A stretch of 64,000 nt of DNA from Bacteroidota bacterium (GTDB lineage: Bacteria; Bacteroidota; Bacteroidia; Bacteroidales; JABHKC01), in NCBI GenBank assembly GCA_018692315.1, contig JABHKC010000068.1:13216-77215 (forward strand). The letters run 5' to 3'. The notes beneath the pieces were generated by a model. The model saw only the letters and a list, made by a program, of their open reading frames with translations. It ran no database searches and was not told where the DNA came from. Below are positions 38,284-46,016 of this stretch, piece by piece (the first letter of the stretch is position 1; each line of letters opens with the position of its first letter). Position numbers and translations under genes: made by a program.

Positions 38284-39690
38284 ATGAATAATCAAAAAAT
38301 ACTCTCAGAATCTTTTGAGAAAATAAAAAACTATCTTAAAAATAATAACAAAATTGAAGAATTGATAGTTAATTTTAAATTTCCAGCAGAATTAAATAAA
38401 ATAATTGACTTTCCGATAAATCAAATCGGTGTTTCAGAGAATGAATTTTTAGAATTGTTAGACAAATATTTAAATTTTTCTGTTAGAACAGGAAACAAAC
38501 AGTTTTTAAATCAATTGTATTCAGGTTTTAATTTTCCTGCTTTTATAGGAGAAATTTTCTCAACTCTGGCAAATACTTCTATGTACACCTATGAAGTTGC
38601 CCCGGTGGCTACTATGATAGAAACCGAAATGATAAAATTAATGAATAGCTATGCCGGCTATTCCCATGGCGATGGAATTTTTGTAAGTGGCGGCAGCAAT
38701 GCAAATTTAATCGCCATGTTATCGGCACGCAATAAGGTATTTCCCGAAGGACGATTTGATGGATACGACAGGAATTTGAAACTGAAAATATTTGTAAACG
38801 AGCAAGCTCATTATTCTTTTGAAACGGCTGCAAATATTTTAGGAATTGGTGCGAAAAATGTAATCAAAGTGAAAGCTGACGAAAACGGAAGATTGATTCC
38901 ATCGGAGCTCGAAAGAGAAATTAAGGACTCAGTCAATCGGGGCGAGAAACCTTTTTTTGCAGTAGCTACATGTGCCACAACTTTATTGGGAGCTTATGAT
39001 CCCATTGATGAGATGGCTGATATTTGCGAGAAATATGGCGTTTGGTTACATGCCGATGGTTCGTTTGGAGGTTCAATAATTCTAAGCAAGGAGCATCGCT
39101 ATCTGGTAAAAGGTATTGAGAAAACTGATTCTTTTGCATGGAATCCGCACAAACTTATGAATATTCCTTTGATTTGTTCTGTAATTCTTGTCAAAAGACA
39201 TGGAAGCTTACAGCACAATATTACTGATATTAATGCAGATTATATTTTTCATGATATAGATATGATTGAAGATTTGGGGAAAAAATCTATTCAGTGTGGT
39301 CGCAAAGTCGATGCTGTAAAATTATGGTTTGCATGGAAATATTTTGGATTGGAAGGATACAAAAATAGAATTGACAATTTGATTGAAATGGCAAAATATG
39401 CAGAAAAGAAAGTGATTGAAAACACAAAATTAGAACTAATTGTTCCACGTCAATCATTTTCTGTATGCTTTCGGTATATTCCTGAAATTAATACAGATAG
39501 CAATGAATTCAATCTTAAATTGCGGGAGTCTTTACGAAAAAGCGGAAAATCTATTGTCAATTTTGGATACATTGGAGATAGCTTAACAATACGGCTAATA
39601 GCCGCAAACGCTGAACTTAATAAATCTGATATTGATTTATTTTTTAATAACTTGATTGATGAAGCAGAATTAATAATTAGTGGCACTTAG
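38284..39690 (+). CDS. group II pyridoxal-phosphate-dependent amino-acid decarboxylase (CSAD/GADL1/GAD-like)
   Basis: 468 aa. FLNQLYSG...NTSMYTYEVAPV, SGGSNANL, HADGSFGG, and the PLP-lysine motif WNPHKLMNIPL. Confidence 0.9.
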   Translation: MNNQKILSESFEKIKNYLKNNNKIEELIVNFKFPAELNKIIDFPINQIGVSENEFLELLDKYLNFSVRTGNKQFLNQLYSGFNFPAFIGEIFSTLANTSMYTYEVAPVATMIETEMIKLMNSYAGYSHGDGIFVSGGSNANLIAMLSARNKVFPEGRFDGYDRNLKLKIFVNEQAHYSFETAANILGIGAKNVIKVKADENGRLIPSELEREIKDSVNRGEKPFFAVATCATTLLGAYDPIDEMADICEKYGVWLHADGSFGGSIILSKEHRYLVKGIEKTDSFAWNPHKLMNIPLICSVILVKRHGSLQHNITDINADYIFHDIDMIEDLGKKSIQCGRKVDAVKLWFAWKYFGLEGYKNRIDNLIEMAKYAEKKVIENTKLELIVPRQSFSVCFRYIPEINTDSNEFNLKLRESLRKSGKSIVNFGYIGDSLTIRLIAANAELNKSDIDLFFNNLIDEAELIISGT

Positions 39691-39800
39691 AAACTTCCAA
39701 TTTCTGCGTTATGCTTAGCTTTCAAATCAGTCATTTACAAAAGTAAACTCCTGATTTTCAAGCCAACCAAGCCTTGAACTTGAAATCTTCTAAGCACCAC
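39680..39800 (+). repeat. hairpin element family H1, copy 2 (apex 39731-39749)
   Basis: Left arm GTGGCACTTAGAAAC... pairs with right arm ...GAAATCTTCTAAGCACCAC. Same apex and same CCACTTC(C)AAAAAA right flank as copy 1. Confidence 0.8.
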
Positions 39801-39867
39801 TTCCAAAAAATGATATATTTTCTTATATGCACTAATTGGGAATTAAAAATTGACAACTCAAAATTTA

Positions 39868-40830
39868 ATGAATATCAAATACACAGGATTTGCCATTGCA
39901 ATTGCCTGGCCGGAAACGTTTTGTAAACAGCCGGGCTCTTGGTACGATAGCATTTCAAAAATTCTTGGAATCAGCAAAAATCATTACTACAAAGTTGGCC
40001 ATGCTGCATTAGTTTTAATTGATAGTAAAAAAATGAGTTGCCACTATTTTGATTTTGGCAGATACCATACACCATTCCAATATGCCAGAGTCCGCAGTGA
40101 ATCTACCGATGATGGTTTAAAAATAAATGAAATTCCTGAAATTCCTGAAATTTCAAGTAATGCTGAAAATATTGAAAATTTTCTTGATATTTTAAAAGAA
40201 TTACAATCCAATTATGAATGTCATGGTGAAGGAAAATTATATGCTTCCTATTGCCAAATTAATTTTCAGAAGGCATTTGCAAAAGCAACTGAAATGCAAA
40301 ATGAAAGCCTGATTCCTTATGGTCCGTTCAAATATAAGGGGAGTAATTGTTCCCGTTTTGTGAATTCTGTAATAGTTGCCGGCAAACCAAATTGGAAAAT
40401 CTTATGTAAACTAAAATATTTTGTGTCTTTAACTCCAACTCCTCGCGATAATGTAAACTCGCTATCTAATAAAATTATACTTCCAAAAATTCTTCAAAAT
40501 AAACCTTTTTATCCACTTAAGATTTCGAATAAAAAGATTTTAAAGAGTACTCTTCCTGAACCAGTTAGACATATAAATATTTCAGAAAATGCACAATGGA
40601 TAAGCGGTGAGGGTGCCGGTTCATGGTTTAGTATAAGTCTGGAAAAAGAGCATTATAAAATTTGTCGGCGTAATAATTTTGGAGCATTAGAATGTGAAGG
40701 GAAATTTGAGAAAATCGGAAAATCTATTTTTAATACCGACTCAGCTTTTAAGTTTATTTATCTTAGTCATTGCAAGAAAGTTAAGATTCAACAGAATAAT
40801 ACGATTATTGAATTTGTGAGAATTGGATGA
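39868..40830 (+). CDS. hypothetical protein with possible permuted papain-fold (LRAT/PPPDE-like) His...Cys motif pair
   Basis: ATG 39868 preferred over TTG 39850. VGHAALVLID...FDFGRY, then YKGSNCSRFVNSVI about 110 aa later. No family securely recognised. Confidence 0.5.
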   Translation: MNIKYTGFAIAIAWPETFCKQPGSWYDSISKILGISKNHYYKVGHAALVLIDSKKMSCHYFDFGRYHTPFQYARVRSESTDDGLKINEIPEIPEISSNAENIENFLDILKELQSNYECHGEGKLYASYCQINFQKAFAKATEMQNESLIPYGPFKYKGSNCSRFVNSVIVAGKPNWKILCKLKYFVSLTPTPRDNVNSLSNKIILPKILQNKPFYPLKISNKKILKSTLPEPVRHINISENAQWISGEGAGSWFSISLEKEHYKICRRNNFGALECEGKFEKIGKSIFNTDSAFKFIYLSHCKKVKIQQNNTIIEFVRIG

Positions 40831-41117
40831 AAATGATAAACTCAGAATTTTCACTTCTCAATTTCATAAGCTGGATAAACCAGAAAAAAATCTCGCAGCC
40901 GCAAAGTCGCAAAATTTCTGGAAATCTGTGAAACGAAAAAAATCTTGCTTTGAGTGTGAAACTTGGTTTTAAGATTGCAAAGAGTTTTATTTCATAAAAC
41001 TTTGCTCCCTTGCGCCTTTGCAAGATTATGTTTTGAATAACTTTCGGACAAATTCTGTAGATTATACAGCTATTTTGCAAATGCGAAACTTGAGCAATTA
41101 AACCTCAGTTTAATACT

Positions 41118-41732
41118 TTATTTGCTCAAATTCAATTTGTTAGATAGTTTAAGTAATTGTTTATCATGAATTTTAGATAGAATAATTAATGCAAAAATTG
41201 CCCCAAGTAAAGCTATTGCCATATCGGTCTGAGTGTCCCAAGCATATCCTTGAGTTCCAAGAAAAGCATCGGCCGATTCGCCAGTAAACTTTGCAACTAT
41301 CCATTCAATCAATTCATAAAATGCACTGAAAGCCAGGCAAACACTAACAATCAAAAAGTTTTGCCAATTGTGTGAAACAATAATTTCTTTTCTGATAAAA
41401 ATTTCTCGTACTAAAATCGCAGGTATAAAACCTTGTGCAAAATGTCCTACTTTGTCGTAATTATTACGACTAAAACCAAATATTGGTTTAATATAGTCGA
41501 AAAGTGGAACTTCGGCGTAAGTGTAGTGTCCACCAACCATTAATATTACGCAATGTATTAAAATGAGAAAATAAAGAAGAGTTGTGAGAGGGAATTTTTT
41601 GTATGTTACTATCAATAAAACCAAACCAATAATTGCAGGGAAAACTTCCAAAAACCATGTAAAATAGTCTTTTGGGGCTACTCCAGACCATATGAAAACA
41701 GAGAAAAAAATTACAAACCAAATTGTTTTCAT
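41118..41732 (-). CDS. polytopic inner membrane protein (YjdF/DUF2238-like)
   Basis: 204 aa with about 6 predicted TM segments. SRNNYDKVGHFAQGFIPA motif. Confidence 0.55.
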   Translation of the reverse strand: MKTIWFVIFFSVFIWSGVAPKDYFTWFLEVFPAIIGLVLLIVTYKKFPLTTLLYFLILIHCVILMVGGHYTYAEVPLFDYIKPIFGFSRNNYDKVGHFAQGFIPAILVREIFIRKEIIVSHNWQNFLIVSVCLAFSAFYELIEWIVAKFTGESADAFLGTQGYAWDTQTDMAIALLGAIFALIILSKIHDKQLLKLSNKLNLSK

Positions 41733-41806
41733 AATGAAATTTAAAATTGATTTGTCTTAAGCAGTATAAAAATTATTGAATAAATACTAAAAACTCTTAC
41801 TGATTG

Positions 41807-41838
41807 AAAAAAATGGATGACCTAAAATGCCATCCATT
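41807..41838 (-). terminator. Rho-independent terminator of 41857-43119
   Basis: On the minus strand: stem AATGGATG / CATCCATT, 11-nt loop, then a run of 7 T. It lies 19 nt after the stop. Confidence 0.7.
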
Positions 41839-41856
41839 GAATTATCTATGAAATTC

Positions 41857-43119
41857 TTACAAAATCACAAGTTTCTTATAATGAGTTTGTGTACTGTTAT
41901 CAATTTTTACGAAATAGGTTCCTGCATCAAGGATCGTTGCATCAATTTTGATGGAACTTGAGTATTCATATTTTTGCTTTAAAACTATTTTCCCATGCGT
42001 ATCAAAAACAGAAACAAAAATATCTTTCGTTCCAACATTCAAAGGAACTATGTAGAAAATGCCTTTTGCAGGATTAGGATAAATTATTGATGTAGAATTC
42101 AATTCATTACGTTCAATTTTGGTACCATCTATTATAATACTCTTGATTACAGTGTCCTCACAATCTCCATTCATTGCAATCAGACTTACATCATAAATTC
42201 CTTCTGCAAGGTAAGTATGGTTTGGGTTATCATCGGTGCTGGTGTCTCCATCTCCAAAATCCCAAAGATAGGTAGTGGCATTTACTGAATTACTACTAAA
42301 AATAACATCATAAGTGTTCAAAAACGAATAGATAAAATCCGCTTCAGGTTGAGCTATTACTTCTATCATTTCAGTATAGCTTTGGGTAATTGTTCCATTT
42401 ATTGTCAAACTTATGGTTTTATTTCCTGATGTAGAATAAGTTACAGTATGAGGGCCTTCAGTGTTTCCTGTTGCAGGATTAGCACCATCACCGAAATCCC
42501 ACTCATAACTTGTGGCTAAATATGAGCTGTTTGTAAATGTTACTCCTTCGTAGGTGCAAATATTTGAATCATTCACCGAGAAATTGGAGGTAGGAAGGCC
42601 TGGAGTTGGAGTATATTCAAGCTCTATGTCAATAAAGTTTAGCTCATCAGGTGGTGTTAGAAGCTGGTAGGCGGTGTCTTTAGTGAATGTAAGTGAATAA
42701 ATCGGACCTTGAATATTCTTTTCTGTAAATTCAATCCAAATGGTATAATCACCATCGGGCACTTCGTTTCCGTTCAAATCTTTGCAATCCCATGTAATTG
42801 TATGAGTTTGATGAACGTTTATTGTTGAACCTGTTATTGCATCAATCTCATTTTGGTTCGAGGAAGCTATCCATGTATATAAACGTTGTTGTTGGGCAGC
42901 GGCATGTTTTTTTTGTGTCCTAATAAAACCAGAATTATCTTCAATCCAAACAGCCAACACGTGTTTCGGAGCAAAATTTCCATTATATGTAACTGTTTTA
43001 AAAGTAAAGCTCATATTTCCAGAGGTTTGCAATGTACTTGATTGTCCAAATGAACTTAGCAAAACTACTACAGTAAGTGCAGTAGAAATGACTGATAATA
43101 AATAGACTATTTTTTTCAT
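41857..43119 (-). CDS. secreted protein: DUF2271-like domain + 2 PKD domains + T9SS C-terminal sorting domain
   Basis: Signal peptide. NFAPKHVLAVWIEDNSGFIRT. PKD signatures YEWDFGDGANPATG...HTVTY and YLWDFGDGDTSTDDNPNHTY. CTD IYPNPAKGIFYIV...GTYFVKIDN. Confidence 0.72.
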   Translation of the reverse strand: MKKIVYLLSVISTALTVVVLLSSFGQSSTLQTSGNMSFTFKTVTYNGNFAPKHVLAVWIEDNSGFIRTQKKHAAAQQQRLYTWIASSNQNEIDAITGSTINVHQTHTITWDCKDLNGNEVPDGDYTIWIEFTEKNIQGPIYSLTFTKDTAYQLLTPPDELNFIDIELEYTPTPGLPTSNFSVNDSNICTYEGVTFTNSSYLATSYEWDFGDGANPATGNTEGPHTVTYSTSGNKTISLTINGTITQSYTEMIEVIAQPEADFIYSFLNTYDVIFSSNSVNATTYLWDFGDGDTSTDDNPNHTYLAEGIYDVSLIAMNGDCEDTVIKSIIIDGTKIERNELNSTSIIYPNPAKGIFYIVPLNVGTKDIFVSVFDTHGKIVLKQKYEYSSSIKIDATILDAGTYFVKIDNSTQTHYKKLVIL

Positions 43120-43189
43120 AACACAATATTTAATAAAGATTTAATCATTCATATAAAACTAATTAATACGATGCAAATATATTATAATT

Positions 43190-43834
43190 TCAGAAAAGTT
43201 CTGTAATATCCTCATTGTTTTTCAGATGATAAGATTGCAATCCTACTAAAGTAGCAGCTTCAATATGTTGTAGCGAATCGTCAATAAAAATAGTTTCAGT
43301 TGGTTTCAGTTGGTTTTCATTTATTACAAAATCGAAAATTTCTATATCTGGTTTTTTCATTGCAATGAAAAATGAAAAATATGCTTTCTCGAATAATTCA
43401 GAAAAATTCTTGAAACCATATTCATTTTGAAAATTCTTTAAATAATAATCGTAATGAATTCGGTTTGTATTACTTAACAAAAATATGCGATGCTTTGTTT
43501 TTAATTTTTTAAGTAAATTTACCCTTGCGTTAGGAATATTTAAAATCATTGCATTCCATGCTTCGTCAAAGATTTTATCGGAAATATCAATTTTAGTAAT
43601 ATTATAAATTTCTTTTCTGAAATCGGCCGGATTAATTTTTCCTTTTTCAAAATCATCGAAAATTGCAGTTTGAGATTTTTTTGAAAACAGATTGTCAAGA
43701 TTTTTGAATCCTAATTCAGTGAAAGCCCTATATGATTTTTCGAAATCAATATTGCAAATAACGCCTCCAAAATCGAAAATAATATTTTTAATTGAGCTTG
43801 AATTATCTAACATAATTACCAATTCATAATTCAC
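43190..43834 (-). CDS. HAD-superfamily hydrolase (subfamily IA)
   Basis: Motif I IIFDFGGVI, motif II LLSNTN, motif IV FIDDS. Confidence 0.8.
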   Translation of the reverse strand: MNYELVIMLDNSSSIKNIIFDFGGVICNIDFEKSYRAFTELGFKNLDNLFSKKSQTAIFDDFEKGKINPADFRKEIYNITKIDISDKIFDEAWNAMILNIPNARVNLLKKLKTKHRIFLLSNTNRIHYDYYLKNFQNEYGFKNFSELFEKAYFSFFIAMKKPDIEIFDFVINENQLKPTETIFIDDSLQHIEAATLVGLQSYHLKNNEDITELF

Positions 43835-43840
43835 AATTAG

Positions 43841-45631
43841 TTAGTCCAGTTTCAGAACCGCTAAAAACGCTTGTTGCGGAACTTCTACATTCCCAACCTG
43901 ACGCATTCGTTTTTTTCCTTTTTTCTGTTTTTCGAGTAGTTTTCTTTTTCTTGTAATATCGCCCCCATAACATTTTGCTGTAACATCTTTTCTGACAGCT
44001 TTAACGGTTTCGCGAGCAATAATTTTTGAGCCTATAGCTGCCTGAATTGCAATATCGAACTGCTGTCGTGGAATAAGTTCTTTTAGTTTTACGCACATTC
44101 GTCGCCCAAAATCGTAAGCGTTGTCGTTATGAATCAGTGTAGAAAGTGCATCAACTGATTCTCCATTAAGCAGAATATCTAATTTCACAAGCTTTGCCGG
44201 CTGAAATCCTGTCTGAAAATAATCGAAAGAAGCATATCCCTTTGAAATACTTTTTAGTTTATCGTAAAAATCGAAAACAATTTCGCCAAGAGGCATTTCA
44301 AAAGTTACCTCAACACGATTGCTCGTAAGGTAGGATTGATTTTTTAGAATGCCTCGCCTGTCGATGCAAAGTTTCATTATTCCGCCAACATATTCTGCTT
44401 TTGATATTATTTGAGCCTTTATATATGGTTCTTCAACATGCTCAATTAAAGTAGGGTCGGGCAGTCCTGATGGATTGTGAACTTCGAGTCTTTGTTTTTT
44501 CTTAGTAAAACATAGGTATGAAACATTGGGAACTGTAGTGATTACATCCATCATAAATTCGCGGTCTAAACGCTCCTGTACAATTTCCATATGAAGCAGA
44601 CCTAAGAAACCGCATCTAAAACCAAAACCTAGTGCTGCCGACGATTCGGGCTCGTATGTCAAAGAAGCATCGTTCAGTTTAAGTTTATCGAGAGATGCTC
44701 TCAACTCTTCATAGTCGTCTGCATCAACCGGATAAATTCCGGCAAATAGCATTGGTTTAACATCTTCAAATCCTTCGATAGATTTCTCGCAAGGATTTTC
44801 GATATGAGTGATTGTGTCGCCAACTTTTACTTCTTTCGAGCTTTTTATACCTGAAATAATATATCCAACATCGCCTGCCATAAGTTTTGGGCGTGACACT
44901 TGTTTTAGTTTAAGTACACCTATTTCATCGGCTTGATATTCTTTGCCGGTATTTACAAATTTAACAGCATCTCCTTTTTTTATCTGCCCGTTAACTATTC
45001 TGAAATATGAAATAATTCCCCTGTAAGAATTATATACCGAATCGAAAATAAGAGCTTGCAATGGAGCATTAATATCGCCTTTTGGTGGTTCAATTCTTTC
45101 GACTGCTGCTTTCAAAATTTCTTCAACTCCTAATCCTGTTTTTCCGCTGGCTTCAATAATATCATCTCTGTCGCAGCCAATTAGGTCAACTATTTGGTCT
45201 TTCCCTTCGTCTGGCATTGCATTGTTAAGGTCCATTTTATTAAGGACTGGAATTACTTCCAAATCATTTTCTATGGCAAGATAAAGATTAGAAATTGTCT
45301 GAGCCTGAATTCCTTGAGTTGCATCAACTATCAGCAGAGCACCTTCGCAAGCTGCTATTGATCGCGAAACTTCATAAGAAAAATCGACATGTCCGGGAGT
45401 GTCAATTAGATTTAATATATATTTTTGATTATCAGTGTGTTGATATTCCATTTGTATCGCATGGCTTTTTATAGTAATACCTCGTTCGCGCTCGAGATCC
45501 ATATCGTCTAAAACCTGATTTTGCGATTCTCTTTCACTAATAGTGTTAGTCATCTGAAGCAACCTATCGGCAATAGTGCTTTTGCCATGGTCTATATGTG
45601 CAATTATACAAAAATTTCTAATATTCTTCAT
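43841..45631 (-). CDS. lepA: translation elongation factor 4
   Basis: 596 aa. [34 protein letters not shown], and the LepA-specific C-terminal domain. Confidence 0.97.
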   Translation of the reverse strand: MKNIRNFCIIAHIDHGKSTIADRLLQMTNTISERESQNQVLDDMDLERERGITIKSHAIQMEYQHTDNQKYILNLIDTPGHVDFSYEVSRSIAACEGALLIVDATQGIQAQTISNLYLAIENDLEVIPVLNKMDLNNAMPDEGKDQIVDLIGCDRDDIIEASGKTGLGVEEILKAAVERIEPPKGDINAPLQALIFDSVYNSYRGIISYFRIVNGQIKKGDAVKFVNTGKEYQADEIGVLKLKQVSRPKLMAGDVGYIISGIKSSKEVKVGDTITHIENPCEKSIEGFEDVKPMLFAGIYPVDADDYEELRASLDKLKLNDASLTYEPESSAALGFGFRCGFLGLLHMEIVQERLDREFMMDVITTVPNVSYLCFTKKKQRLEVHNPSGLPDPTLIEHVEEPYIKAQIISKAEYVGGIMKLCIDRRGILKNQSYLTSNRVEVTFEMPLGEIVFDFYDKLKSISKGYASFDYFQTGFQPAKLVKLDILLNGESVDALSTLIHNDNAYDFGRRMCVKLKELIPRQQFDIAIQAAIGSKIIARETVKAVRKDVTAKCYGGDITRKRKLLEKQKKGKKRMRQVGNVEVPQQAFLAVLKLD

Positions 45632-45657
45632 TTACAATTTTCAATTCAAAAATTTTG

Positions 45658-45665
45658 CAAATATA
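45658..45665 (-). promoter_or_regulatory. Bacteroidota sigma-A -7 box on the minus strand (CAAATATA on plus = TATATTTG)
   Basis: 26 nt upstream of the lepA start (45631). Confidence 0.5.
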
Positions 45666-45861
45666 TGAGAATTTTAGTCATATTTTTTGTTTGTTTATGT
45701 TTTTGTAATTGTTTGAAATACAGCAAAGTGCATTTCTTCTTTAATTCTATGACATATAAGTTTGAATTTGGAATGTGTTTTTGGTATATGTTCGACTTGT
45801 GTGGTTGGGTTTTTATATTTGGAATTTTTGGTCAATCCTTTGGAGCTTATTTTTTACATTA

Positions 45862-45982
45862 GGGGACTTCTAAAAATAGTAAATTTCAAGGCGTAAGAAA
45901 TTTTAAAACCGCAGTTTACTATTGTAAATGAGGATTTTAAAATTTTGAAACAACGAAGAAATTTGCATTTTTAGATGATCCC
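45862..45982 (-). repeat. hairpin element family H1, copy 3, opposite orientation (apex 45913-45931)
   Basis: Apex AGTTTACTATTGTAAATGA is the reverse complement of the family apex with 1 mismatch. Arms GGGGACTTCTAAAAATAGTAAATTTC... / ...GAAATTTGCATTTTTAGATGATCCC are self-complementary. Confidence 0.75.
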
Positions 45983-46016
45983 ATTATATTTTTATAAGAA
46001 GCTTGCTCTTGTGGAG

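Noticed and set aside
45521-45862. 113-aa plus-strand ORF across the lepA start and upstream spacer
   Set aside because: It overlaps the lepA 5' end in antisense and contains the lepA promoter box. The peptide is Phe/Cys-rich low complexity, as expected from T-rich non-coding DNA.
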